DNA of 64,000 nucleotides from a plasmid: sequence record NZ_CP022047.2; one strand, 5' to 3'. Shown piece by piece: positions 49,085 to 59,820 of this stretch (position 1 is its first letter; each line of letters starts with the position of its first letter). The notes under the pieces were generated by a model. It saw only the letters and a program-made list of their open reading frames with translations, ran no database searches and was not told where the DNA came from. The position numbers and the translations under genes were made by a program.

Positions 49085-50407
49085 TTATTTTTCAGTGGCA
49101 ATATTTTCTTTTTCAATTACACTAAATAACTTAATATAATTTAGATTATTTATTTTCTCTTCAAATTCTTTCATATCATTCAAATTTAATATTGAGAATA
49201 ACTGTTTTACTTTTCTCTCTCTTTTTAAACTTTTAATAAATTTAAGATCTGGTGAAAACTTGTTCGTTCTTGAATATATATCTGAATCTAATACATACCA
49301 TTTGTCATATCCAAGCATTTCACACACAAACTGAATAAATATATCTGCTTCAAATACATTTGCTATATTATATTCATTACCCCTTAATATTATATCTTCT
49401 ATTTCTAAGTATCTAGGTGCATACATGTATCCAAACTGAAAAGATTCTACGTAGATAAATTTAGGGTTACATAACGTTGATATTATATAAAAACCTGTAT
49501 CTCGATTATCATAAGAATAATCATATTTAAATAAATCTTCCATATAGTCAAAATCTTCATTATCTATAGCATAAGCAACTGTATAAACAAAAGCTATTCT
49601 TGTGAAAATTTTTGTTCCATCTTTACTTTGCGATGAAAAATCATCAATTGTCTTTAATAAACTTTCAATAATTTTAGAAATGTCATTAGGTTTACTCACT
49701 TTTTTAACTACATTTCCCCATGTTTTCATTAGACTTTGAAGTTTTGCAAAATCAGGTTTTGTATCAGTATCACGGTTTAAGAAGTATTTATCCATTTCAC
49801 CTAATTCCATTTTTAAATCTTCAATATACTCATTCAACAATGATTTACTGATTTCTTCAGACCGCTCTATTCTCTTTGCTGATCTTAAACTTACAATATT
49901 AGCAAAATCAGGTTTCTTGCCAATTTTGGGTTTTGGTATTAATGGTTCATCATAAAGCGTTCTCGCAATTTCTTCACATTTTTCAAAATCTCGAATTTTA
50001 TCTGTGAAATCAAAAGCAAAATTACCTTTTAAATATCTAGGCATTACTGGTTGTCCTTCTTCGTCTACTTCTGTATATGCATAATATATATTATTTTGAT
50101 TTCTTGATAAATTTCTCATATATGAATCAGTGAAAATTACAGATTCTTTACCTACGCCACTTTCCCGATTATTTGCTTTCTCCACGTAATTTTTATCACC
50201 TATTATAAGTATATTATCACTTGTATCAGCGTATTGTTCCATCTTTTTATTAAGGTCTTCACCTTTTTTAAATGACCAAGCATCTAATATGACATCAAAA
50301 CCTAGGTACATTAATTCATTACCTATTTCTTCTACTCTTTTTTTATGTTCTTCGTTTGTATGTGCATATGATATAAAGATATTTTGAATTTCTTCTTGTT
50401 CTGACAT
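49085..50407 (-). CDS. TIR-domain protein with ~300-aa uncharacterized C-terminal domain (candidate anti-phage defense / NADase effector)
   Basis: ATG after GGAGGGG (6-nt spacer). N-terminal IFISYAHTNEEHKKRVEEIGNELMYLGFDVILDAWSFKKGEDL matches the bacterial TIR pattern. A bidirectional terminator lies at 49051-49083. Confidence 0.55.
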   Translation of the reverse strand: MSEQEEIQNIFISYAHTNEEHKKRVEEIGNELMYLGFDVILDAWSFKKGEDLNKKMEQYADTSDNILIIGDKNYVEKANNRESGVGKESVIFTDSYMRNLSRNQNNIYYAYTEVDEEGQPVMPRYLKGNFAFDFTDKIRDFEKCEEIARTLYDEPLIPKPKIGKKPDFANIVSLRSAKRIERSEEISKSLLNEYIEDLKMELGEMDKYFLNRDTDTKPDFAKLQSLMKTWGNVVKKVSKPNDISKIIESLLKTIDDFSSQSKDGTKIFTRIAFVYTVAYAIDNEDFDYMEDLFKYDYSYDNRDTGFYIISTLCNPKFIYVESFQFGYMYAPRYLEIEDIILRGNEYNIANVFEADIFIQFVCEMLGYDKWYVLDSDIYSRTNKFSPDLKFIKSLKRERKVKQLFSILNLNDMKEFEEKINNLNYIKLFSVIEKENIATEK

Positions 50408-50476
50408 AATTAACCCCTCCAATTTATTACTATCAATAATTTGATTGTATCTTAAGTTTTATAAAACTCATATTTT

Positions 50477-51745
50477 TTACGCTTTATGACCAGCGATTTT
50501 ATCTTTTCTCGAAATTAAAGTACCACTTTTAGATAAACTAGATCCTCTAAAGACTATATCTTTTCCATATTTAAACCTTATAGTATCTAACTCATTTTCA
50601 ATAATTTCTGCTTTAAGTTGTTTAGGATCTTCAAATAAAGATAACTGCTTAATCTGATTAGGTATAAAATTACCAAATGAAATTGCTATCGTTCGATATA
50701 ATCTATCATTTTCAAGTCGATCAGATAAATAATGCCATAGCTGATTAATGATTACATAAGAATTTTGATACCCTGTTTTATTAGTAAACTGTTTTCGTAC
50801 ACCCCCAGCATCAGCATAGCCAACACTAACGGTTATTCTTGTGGGATATAATTGTTGATTTCTCACGCGATAAAATACTTCATCTACTTGTTAACTTAAT
50901 ACTGTTTTGAGTTCATGTAATTCATAATCTCTCATTAATATTTGAGATTTCCCTAACGATTTATTCTTTGTGATATGTGGCTTTCTCATAAAGCTTTCAT
51001 CAATGCCATTGGCATGTAAATGCAGATCTACGCCAATAATACCGAAGTCCCTTTTTAAATATTCAACGGGATAATTAGCTAGATCGCCAATTCTAAAAAT
51101 ACCCTTCTTATTTAGTTTTGCTTCAGTACGTTTATTAATACCCCACATTTTTGTTAAGGGTTCAATATGCCATAGCTTACCTGGTATATCTTTATATCGC
51201 CATTCTGCTATACCTTCACTTGTTTTTTTAGCTTCTAAGTCCATTGATAGCTTTGATAACAATATATTAGATCCTATTCCTATTGTACTGAATATCTGTG
51301 TTTGTTTATAAATTTCATTTTGAATTAGGCGCGCAAACTCGCAAGGTGTTTCACAAAATAATTGATAGGAATTTGTAATATCCAAAAAATGCTCGTCAAT
51401 TGAATACTGCCAAAAATCTTCAGGTGCAACAAAGTTTAAAGCTATTTTACTGATCTGCGTTGAGATTGAAATGTACTTTTTCATAGAAGGGTTAATAATA
51501 AATATGTCATTGCGTTGTGGTATTTCATACAATCGACTACCTGTTTTGATACCTAGCTTTTTTAGTGTTGGTGTAGAAGCAAGCACAACTGAACCTGGTC
51601 GTTTTGTATCACCTACTACAGCTAATTTAGTTGTCATTGGCTCTAACCCTTTTTCAATACAAGATACTGAAACAAAAAAACTTTTAAGATCAATACATAA
51701 TATATACCTTTCTGTACAAACACGGTAATCATACATGATAAACAC
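50477..51745 (-). pseudogene. Y-family DNA polymerase (UmuC/DinB-like) split into 284-aa and 129-aa ORFs by an in-frame stop/frameshift near 50866-50891
   Basis: N-terminal ILCIDLKSFFVSVSCIE (the D..SFF..VE motif of Y-family polymerases). The second ORF matches a little-finger-like C-terminus. Confidence 0.65.
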
Positions 51746-51923
51746 CTCAATTCACCTTCTAAAATACGAACATACGTTCTATAAAAGTATAATAAAAAAC
51801 ACACTTAAACGCAAGTTTAAGGTGCATTTTATCGTTTGAGTTTTGCGTTATTTCACTTGATGATATACTTATAAAGTCGCCTATCTCTATGGCGCAATTT
51901 GTCATAGAGGGGAGGTGTTTATA

Positions 51924-52019
51924 GTGACTATTACTTTTATTCATATCATTGCACCCATCATTTGTGGTTGTGCAATCGCGTACTTTTCTCATTGGCTGGA
52001 GAATCGTAGAAAAAAATAG
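51924..52019 (+). CDS. Fst/PepA1-like type I toxin peptide (MTITFIHIIAPIICGCAIAYFSHWLENRRKK, 31 aa)
   Basis: GTG start 7 nt after AGAGGGGAGGTG. Strong similarity, as I recall it, to S. aureus SprA1-encoded PepA1 (MLIFVHIIAPVISGCAIAFFSYWLSRRNTK). Followed by the hairpin at 52045-52081. Confidence 0.6.
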   Translation: MTITFIHIIAPIICGCAIAYFSHWLENRRKK

Positions 52020-52044
52020 GTGACATCAGATCAGCTAGCACCAT

Positions 52045-52081
52045 AAAAACCCCCTTACTACGCCACATAGTAAGGGGGTTT
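52045..52081 (+). terminator. terminator of the pepA1-like toxin mRNA / overlap zone for antisense RNA
   Basis: AAAAACCCCCTTACT-acgccacat-AGTAAGGGGGTTT. Confidence 0.5.
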
Positions 52082-52198
52082 GGTGTTTATCTATGACTAT
52101 TACTTTTATAAACATATTATAACACCTATGACATGCCGTGTCATTTGTTTAGAAAAAACTTAGTTGCTTGTTTAATAATTGGATTAGTTAATTTTAAA

Positions 52199-52765
52199 TT
52201 ATAGATATTGATTCCAATTATGATTTGGATTAGTTAATTTTAAATTATTGCTTAACCACTCTTTTTTTTTATAATCTAGTTGGTTTATAACACATTCAAA
52301 ATCTTGATTATCTTTTTCTCTTGTATTTTTACTTTTAAACAAGAGAACTATTTCTGGATTCAAATAGGGTATGCCAAGATCATTATAACTGTAAGTATCA
52401 TTTAAATATTTAGAAATTCTTATATCTCTTCGGTATATCCACTCATTATTTTTAAATTCATTTAATAGTATTTCAATATATACATCAGTATCTTTGTTAA
52501 TTATATAAACTTCATGAATCGGTAATTCTAAAAACTCATCTCCCCATTCATAAAATTGACCATTTACTACCTTTTTAAATTTCCAACCTTTAAAATAATT
52601 CTTTAGGTATAATTGATCATTTCTAAAAATCCCTATTTCTATATCTTCATGATGTCGAGTTTTCTTACCAATATATAAATCTAGTGCCCAACCACCAGCA
52701 ATAAACCAACATTTGTTGAAATTTTTCATTAATAAATTAAGTTTCTCACATTCTTGAAATGTCAT
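52199..52765 (-). CDS. Lnu-like nucleotidyltransferase family protein (candidate lincosamide nucleotidyltransferase)
   Basis: IAGGWALDLYIGKKTRHHEDIEI parallels LnuA (LDGGWGVDVLTGKQQREHRDIDI) as I recall that sequence, and the C-terminal EIVLLFKS parallels EAQLLFHS; 188 aa. Confidence 0.45.
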   Translation of the reverse strand: MTFQECEKLNLLMKNFNKCWFIAGGWALDLYIGKKTRHHEDIEIGIFRNDQLYLKNYFKGWKFKKVVNGQFYEWGDEFLELPIHEVYIINKDTDVYIEILLNEFKNNEWIYRRDIRISKYLNDTYSYNDLGIPYLNPEIVLLFKSKNTREKDNQDFECVINQLDYKKKEWLSNNLKLTNPNHNWNQYL

Positions 52766-53278
52766 ATTAGCACCTTCTAATTAGTATATAGTTATTTTTA
52801 CTTTACTAATTTATACTGCTTTAAATCTAATAGTGTTTCAGCCTTTTAACATATAAATTATATTTATAATGTAATGTGTAAATAATAAACAAACTGATAA
52901 TAACTATAAAACTTAAAATATCATTCATATTTAGATTTAGATTTTCTACTGTATAAATCATACCTACAATACCCTCTCCAAATAATAAAATTATGAATAG
53001 ACTTAACCTTTCAGTCATTTAAAAGAGGTAAAATAAGAAACATATCAATGAATAGAAAAACATATTGATACCATTTTTTTGAAAGAGCCAATTAACTAAA
53101 AATTTTCTGGAAGTCCAAATAGTAAAAAATACAAGGAATAACATAAATGGCTTTCCTAAGATCTCCAACTATACTAAATTTAGAATATATATTCAACAGT
53201 ATGATTAATAGTAGATAGAACATATACAAAGACTAAATCAAAAAACAATTCGGGCATGCTAACTTCTTTCTTGGTCAT

Positions 53279-53635
53279 TTAATAATCACCCTCTCTTTCT
53301 AATAACTTGAACTTATCATCCAAGGTTTTTAAAGCTTGATCGATGAGTTCTTTTTGTTTAATTAGGTTTTCTTGGTGTTCAATAAATATTTTTTTTCTTT
53401 CTAAAACTGTAGAACGTCCTTGTTCATATAGTTCAGCTATTTCTTTCAATTTGGAAACAGGCATGTGTGTTTGGCGCATACATTTTATGAATTCTAACCA
53501 ATACAAATCTTCAACCTTAAAATCACGATAACCATTTTTATCTCTTTCAACAAATGGAAATAGACCTGATTTATCATAATATCTTATGGTATGTTCACTT
53601 ATACCGACACTTTCAGCTGCTTTTTTTACGTTCAC
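53279..53635 (-). CDS. MerR-family transcriptional regulator
   Basis: N-terminal helix-turn-helix MNVKKAAESVGISEHTIRYYDKSGL and a C-terminal coiled coil. Confidence 0.8.
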   Translation of the reverse strand: MNVKKAAESVGISEHTIRYYDKSGLFPFVERDKNGYRDFKVEDLYWLEFIKCMRQTHMPVSKLKEIAELYEQGRSTVLERKKIFIEHQENLIKQKELIDQALKTLDDKFKLLEREGDY

Positions 53636-53722
53636 TATTTTACCTCCTTAGTATAAGAAGAGGCAGCTGTGTATGGCTACCTCTCATTTATAAACTTATT
53701 TTTGATTAATGTTTTATAAATA

Positions 53723-54043
53723 TTAAATTGTTAAATTAAGAATTAATGTGTCATAGTTTGACTCAATAATTGCTTTAAATCCAAATGTAGATTCTAAATC
53801 ATTTTTTAGTCTGTTGATATCTTTATAGTGTATTTCACTAATATTTGAAATTAATAAACCAATGCCCTGTATATCATTGTGATATAAATTATTTTGATGA
53901 GAAAGTTCTATAATTGTTTTTGCTAAAGATTCAACATAGTTATCTACATTTATATAAGTTTCTTTTTCATCTATGAGTTTTTCTTTGGTAATAATACTGA
54001 TAGTTGTAGTATCCCCATTATAAGAGGCTAAAAAATAATACAT
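53723..54043 (-). CDS. hypothetical protein
   Basis: 106-aa ORF. Confidence 0.35.
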   Translation of the reverse strand: MYYFLASYNGDTTTISIITKEKLIDEKETYINVDNYVESLAKTIIELSHQNNLYHNDIQGIGLLISNISEIHYKDINRLKNDLESTFGFKAIIESNYDTLILNLTI

Positions 54044-54060
54044 AAAATACTCCTCCTTAT

Positions 54061-54822
54061 TTATCGTGTTGTATAACCACCATTTGCAAATAAAGTTTGT
54101 CCATTAATCCACCAACCATCTGTTGTTAAAAACTTAATAATTGGTGCAATATCATTGATATCTGTTAATTGATTGTGTAAAGCTTGTGATTTATGAAACT
54201 CTACGGCTTCATCGCTTTCTTGAGGGTAGAAGAAAGGTGTGTCCATTGGACCAGGTGCAACTGCATTAACAGAAATACCTCTATCCATAAATTCTTTTGA
54301 CGCAGCACGTGTATAGTGTTCAATAGGTGCTTTCTCCCCAGCATAAGTAGAATAATAACCCGTATATGCAGCAAGTAAAGATGTTGCAAGTGTTATAATT
54401 TTTCCATTATCATTCATATGTTTTTCTGCATATTGTATAAAGAAATAAGCCGATTTAGCATTAATAGCTGACATAGTGTCAAACTCATCTTCAGTTATTT
54501 CAGAAATAGGTTTTTTGAGTACTTTACCAACAGTGTTAATTGCAATATCAACTTTTCCAAAAGTATATTCAGCGTGCTTAAATAAAGCTTCCACATTCTT
54601 TACTTTTGTGAGATCTCCAGAAAATAAAGTTCCCTCTGAACCCAATGATTTAATTTCATCTAATGTTGCCTCAGCTTGTTGCTTACTATTCTCATTATGA
54701 TGATGCACAACAATTTTTGCGCCTTCTTTTGCGTAAGACTTAGTTAATAAGGCACCTAAATTTTTTGCACCACCAGCAATCACAACGACTTTACCATTTA
54801 ATGTTTCATATTTACTCATTTT
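54061..54822 (-). CDS. short-chain dehydrogenase/reductase (SDR)
   Basis: ATG after AAAGGAGG. VVVIAGGAKNLG Rossmann motif and a YxxxK-type region; the ORF track's upstream extension is unlikely. Confidence 0.8.
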   Translation of the reverse strand, partial: KMSKYETLNGKVVVIAGGAKNLGALLTKSYAKEGAKIVVHHHNENSKQQAEATLDEIKSLGSEGTLFSGDLTKVKNVEALFKHAEYTFGKVDIAINTVGKVLKKPISEITEDEFDTMSAINAKSAYFFIQYAEKHMNDNGKIITLATSLLAAYTGYYSTYAGEKAPIEHYTRAASKEFMDRGISVNAVAPGPMDTPFFYPQESDEAVEFHKSQALHNQLTDINDIAPIIKFLTTDGWWINGQTLFANGGYTTR

Positions 54823-55567
54823 ATTACCTCCTTTAAGTATAATTAAACAATACACCTTAGAGTGCAATATCAAACAAGTGGGAATTTGAATTTTTAAATA
54901 AAAAAGAGGCAACATGCGCTAACATGTTACCCCTTTAAGGCCCGTTATATAGACGGTGAATTTTTGAATAGAACTATTTAACCATTCTACCTACTCTCGC
55001 AAAAAGTTGGGAATAGGTATTTTTTGATCTATCTTGTCAATTAATACTAAGCCTATGAAAGTTTAAAAGATAGTTTATTCAATAAGAAAGTTCCCATAAT
55101 AAGGCACACTTCAAAAATTTTTATATGATATAAACAGAAGGTTAAGACAGTTAATTTGCCTCAGCCTCTTTAATAAATAGAAAATATCTTATTTTTCTTC
55201 AATATATTTTATTAATTTAGGTAATGCTCCTAAGTGAAGAATCGTATAATCAGTGCCTGCTTCTTTAAACGTTTCTTTATCTTTTTCTCTATGTTTATTT
55301 TTATATTCGTCGTTCATTTCGTTAAATTCTTCTTCGTTTAATCCCATTATTGAACTACCATCAACAACTCCTACACTAATTAATAGTATATTAGTGTGGC
55401 TTATTTTAACATAATTATAATTGATTCTACTTTGCTTTAAAACTATACATTTTAATATCTCTAGTTCTTTTAAACCTTGATAGTTTCTTTTTCAAATTAT
55501 CACACTTCGTTTGCCACCTTGTTTACTAAAAAATTTTGTGCATGTTACATTGAGTCATATAATTTAA

Positions 55568-56773
55568 CTAAATATATGAACTTTTCTTATGTTTAGATGT
55601 ATGATCTACTAAGGTGTAACTACTTAGAAACATGATTACTCCTATTATAAAGAAGTAAATAGGCATTGCCCAAATTGTCCCGTTATGAAAAACACTCATT
55701 CCATATATTATAATGCTAACAAATAAGTAGTAGCCAAGGCTAAATATTGCACTTGCTGTTCCAATAACATCTTGAAAATCAACAAGGGCTAAACTAAGAC
55801 TATTAGGCAAAGATATTCCCATACCAAATAAAACTATAAATACACTTACAATCATCATAAGTAACTGAAGAAACTCAGGTAAAAAATTAACCACGAATAC
55901 TAAAAAGCACCCAAAAATCATAATAATTAAACCAAGTAAAATAATTTTTTCAGCCACTAAAATGTCGAGAAGTTGTTTAGATAAATAAGCCCCTGCGATA
56001 GAAGCTAAAGCTACGACTATTCCTAAAAATCCGTACATTGCGCTAGTTAGCTTAAAGTATTGTGTAAAGATAAAAGGAGCTTCGCTATAATAACTAAATA
56101 TTATCCCGTTTATGCCACCAACTAAAATGCCATATTTCCATACACGACGGTTCTTCATAAAACGTCTTAGTATAGGTAATAAAGGTGCGGAATCTAATTT
56201 CATTTGATTAGATTCTGATAAGCAAATAAATGCATAAATAAATATAAAAATACTCATTAAAACCAAAATTAAAAATACAATTCTAACTCCAAAATAATAA
56301 TCAGCAGAGCCACCAATTAAGGGGCCAATTGCAGGGGTAAAAGCCAATGCCGCAGAAATTTTTGCAAATAATTTGTGACGTTCTACACCTGTATAATTTT
56401 CACGAAGAATTGTCTGAGTAATAACCGAGCCAACACTTGCGCCAAATGCTTGAACAAATCTGGCCAGTAATAATAATTCTATGTTAGATGATAATAAACA
56501 AAAAATATTGCCAATAAAATATAAAAGCAGTCCATAAAGCATTGCTTTGCGGCGCCCTATTCTATCTGAAATACGTCCAAAAAAGAATACTCCAATTGCA
56601 AATGATATAAAGTAGACACTCATCGTCAACTGAGCGTTACTCATACTAATTTTAAACATTTTTGATATAGAAGGTAATGATGGACTAAATATAGTTTCGC
56701 TTATTTGTGGAAATGCGACTAATACTATAAGTAATAAGATACTAGTTTTTGAATTTTCGATGTTTTTCTTCAT
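55568..56773 (-). CDS. MFS transporter (Bcr/CflA-like drug efflux)
   Basis: Twelve transmembrane helices and motif A GRISDRIGRRK. Confidence 0.8.
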   Translation of the reverse strand: MKKNIENSKTSILLLIVLVAFPQISETIFSPSLPSISKMFKISMSNAQLTMSVYFISFAIGVFFFGRISDRIGRRKAMLYGLLLYFIGNIFCLLSSNIELLLLARFVQAFGASVGSVITQTILRENYTGVERHKLFAKISAALAFTPAIGPLIGGSADYYFGVRIVFLILVLMSIFIFIYAFICLSESNQMKLDSAPLLPILRRFMKNRRVWKYGILVGGINGIIFSYYSEAPFIFTQYFKLTSAMYGFLGIVVALASIAGAYLSKQLLDILVAEKIILLGLIIMIFGCFLVFVVNFLPEFLQLLMMIVSVFIVLFGMGISLPNSLSLALVDFQDVIGTASAIFSLGYYLFVSIIIYGMSVFHNGTIWAMPIYFFIIGVIMFLSSYTLVDHTSKHKKSSYI

Positions 56774-57120
56774 AATTTAAACCTCTTTTAGTATATTAAT
56801 GAGATTGAAAAAAAACATCCTACATCGGGAATTTGTGGTTTCACAAGTTTAATCTTTGCTAATTCACTCATGAAGTCACATCCTTTTCTTTAATATATTA
56901 ATAATTTTAATTTGATTTACAATATTTTATAGAGTTGAATTTTTGATTTTGTAAACAACATATTCTATTTTGTTACTACTGAATCAATATATTATTAATT
57001 ACATACTATCCACTCTAAAGAATAATAACTTTTTGTGTTGAGCTGAGGTATGATATTTATCATATTTTAATAATCTTTCCAATATACTGTATTCTTGTGT
57101 GATAAGAACTTAGATTATTA

Positions 57121-57972
57121 TCATACAAGAATTTTTCCTTCAATTACAACTCTAGAATTACCTCCTATTTTCAAATTTTCTTCACTATTTATATATATCT
57201 TACCATTCCTGTTTATACATGTCCCTTGAGTATTGTAATAATTCTTTTCATTAACTAACTTAAATAATTCAGCCATTATGGCCACACATCCATTGCCACT
57301 TCCACAAACTGGATCTTCTTGGACACTATCTTGTGGACAAAAAGAGCGGACTTCAAATTTCGCTTTGTTGAATTCATTATGTTCACCAAAAATTGTTATT
57401 CCTGTAGTATTTTCAAATAGATATTTTTTCATCTCATAAAAATCGGGTTCAATATTTTTAACAATATCTGCATTTTTCAAGTAAAAAGTTAACCATTCTG
57501 CACCAACATTAATATTTTTACAATATATTATATCTTTAGGTGTAATTCCTAAGCTATTAGCTATACCATTTATAGTATCTGATGAAATATCATTTAACCT
57601 AGGTTCAGGCAAGCTAAAGTACAATTTTTCATTATCTAAATCAATTTTTATTAAACCAGCACCACATTCTTGAATCACTATATTTTTATTCTTAGGTATT
57701 AAACCATTATTTAATAGAGCATGTGCAGATCCAAGAGTAGGATGTCCAGCAAAAGGAAGTTCACAATTTGAAGTGAATATTTTTAATTTATAATCTGCAT
57801 CATTATTTTGTGGTTTACAAACAAATGTTGTTTCGGATAAACCCGTCCACCTGGCTATATCTTGCATCTGTGTTTTAGATAAATCATCTGCATTAAAAAC
57901 TACGGCTACAGGATTACCTTTAAAATTTTCATCTGTAAAAACATCTACTTGTTTAAAATCTAAATACTTCAT
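57121..57972 (-). CDS. PhzF-family isomerase-like protein
   Basis: ATG after AAGGAG (MKYLDFKQVDVFTDENFKGNPVAVV). The ORF-track N-terminal extension is unlikely. Confidence 0.8.
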   Translation of the reverse strand: MKYLDFKQVDVFTDENFKGNPVAVVFNADDLSKTQMQDIARWTGLSETTFVCKPQNNDADYKLKIFTSNCELPFAGHPTLGSAHALLNNGLIPKNKNIVIQECGAGLIKIDLDNEKLYFSLPEPRLNDISSDTINGIANSLGITPKDIIYCKNINVGAEWLTFYLKNADIVKNIEPDFYEMKKYLFENTTGITIFGEHNEFNKAKFEVRSFCPQDSVQEDPVCGSGNGCVAIMAELFKLVNEKNYYNTQGTCINRNGKIYINSEENLKIGGNSRVVIEGKILV

Positions 57973-58263
57973 TTTTAACTCCTTTATATTTTTATTTAGT
58001 ATAATAAATATTCTTAATAGAAACTTTAACAATCTAAACAATATGGACATCATATCAGTTTACTATCACCTAATCGTAAACAGTTTGAACTGAACTATTT
58101 TAAATTAAATAGAATTATTGCTAAAAAATAGAACAAAATTATTTGCACATTATTACATCCTTGCGCTTTATTTTGTTATTACTTGATAGTACCTAACTTT
58201 TTAGCCTTGCTTAATTTCTTACGTATAGTATTCTATTTACGTCTAGTATATTCATTTATCAAC

Positions 58264-58713
58264 TCACAATTCCTTATTTTGAAATTTATAAATAAATTCT
58301 CCATTTTGGTCTTTTTGCAAGGTATATACAAAACCTAAACTTTCATATAGTTTTTTTGCGACAATATTTCCATTAATAATACTTAAATAAATATTGTCAG
58401 TATTATATTTTTTAAAAACAATGGATATTAAAAGATTCATTGCCTGTCTTCCATAGCCAAAACCTTGATATTTTTTGTCAATCATAATTCTGTCTATCCA
58501 AACTTTACCTTCATCCTCAAAAAATCCATACATAGCAAATCCTATTACTTCACTATTTAAGTATATTGATACAGGTACCCAATTGGAATTTATTTTGGCT
58601 TCATCTAAGCATTCTTCAACTGATTCAATAAACCCTATTTGAGAACTTTTTAATTCTATGTTTTTAATTTTCTTGTTATTATTTAAATTAATATTTTTAA
58701 TATATATATCCAT
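58264..58713 (-). CDS. GNAT-family N-acetyltransferase
   Basis: QGFGYGRQAM and AKKLYESLGF motifs. Confidence 0.8.
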   Translation of the reverse strand: MDIYIKNINLNNNKKIKNIELKSSQIGFIESVEECLDEAKINSNWVPVSIYLNSEVIGFAMYGFFEDEGKVWIDRIMIDKKYQGFGYGRQAMNLLISIVFKKYNTDNIYLSIINGNIVAKKLYESLGFVYTLQKDQNGEFIYKFQNKEL

Positions 58714-58964
58714 AATTTACTCCTAGTCATCCAATGTTTTATTTCAATTTATCATGCTATCCTTTAATAATGCCATTTATTCGCTACTTTTACATAAGTT
58801 AAATCACTTACAATGACTTCCATCGAATGTTTTCTGTTGCATTTCCGATTTTGTCTATTATCTATCAATTGTTCATTGTAATTTTATTTTTTATATTTAT
58901 ATTGCGCTTTGTTCTATAATGAAATGAGTACATTGCTCTCCATAATCTTAATGATTTTTCTACT

Positions 58965-59470
58965 TTAAAGAACTAAGCCCTTGGTTTTTAACACTTCTCT
59001 AATATTCCTGGATCCATAACATTTTCTATTTTTATTAAATATATTAATAATATTTTCTGTCAGTAGATGTTCATGTGCTTCTTTATCTGCTTTTTTCACG
59101 ACATTTACTTCATAGTAATAAGTACTACGACATATTTTAAGGGCTATACACATAGCTGATACCGAATATTGATGGCTATTTTGTCTAATAATTTTTATTT
59201 TTGTTTCATTATCAGCACTGCTTGCTTTAAAATGTTTGTTTCCATCCTTAACTGCTTAACTTCTTTGCGTAATCTTTTCATCTCTTTTTCATCTTCAATG
59301 AGATTATCCTGATGTTTAAATGAGCTCGTTTTATCATAGTCTTTAATCCATTTGTATAGTGCAGATGGTTTTAAAGTATACTCATGAATAATATCTTTAC
59401 GGTATTTTCCATTTTTGAACCATTTGAAGTTTGAATTCAGGACTGAAAGTCCTTCTCTTTTTTTCCATAA
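58965..59470 (-). mobile_element. truncated IS3-family insertion sequence remnant (complete orfA ~96 aa + first ~60 codons of orfB, no integrase core)
   Basis: OrfA reads MEKKRRTFSPEFKLQMVQKWKNGKYRKDIIHEYTLKPSALYKWIK...LRKEVKQLRMETNILKQA (helix-turn-helix plus leucine zipper). OrfB fragment ...YGSRNIREVLKTKGLVL then breaks off at about 58965. Confidence 0.65.
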
Positions 59471-59820
59471 AAAGAATCGCCTACTTTCATAATTTAAAAC
59501 TAATCTTCCTTATAAAAGTTGTCTAGTTAAGTGTAGACGATCCAGTCGCGAAAAAATCGTTTATAAAACTTATCTAAAATTTTGTGAAATAGTTAATACA
59601 AGACTACTTAGTTCTTTTGAGGAAGTAGTCTTTTTTTATTTGTAAGATGTTGTTAAGTTATTTTTTTAGTACATCTTATTTATATTACTAATATACTTTA
59701 GTCATTTTATCAATTATCAAGTTATAAATTTTATAAGAAGCTAAAGTTAATTTAAACATTGCTTTTTTCTTTAAAAGTGATACACTATTTTAAAAACGAC
59801 CGTTCGTTAGTGAGGTATAT

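Noticed and set aside
49085-51745. Thoeris-like two-gene system (ThsA partner for the TIR protein)
   Set aside because: The neighbours are a TetR regulator and a disrupted Y-family polymerase. No SIR2/SLOG/Macro-domain gene is present, so only a stand-alone TIR gene is proposed.
51759-51992. 77-aa minus-strand ORF
   Set aside because: It overlaps the well-supported PepA1-like toxin gene on the opposite strand and has no ribosome-binding site. The region more likely encodes the cis-antisense antitoxin RNA.
59480-59820. icaR divergently upstream of icaA
   Set aside because: No TetR-like ORF on the minus strand here. The region is non-coding and is followed by IS3-family orfA/orfB fragments.
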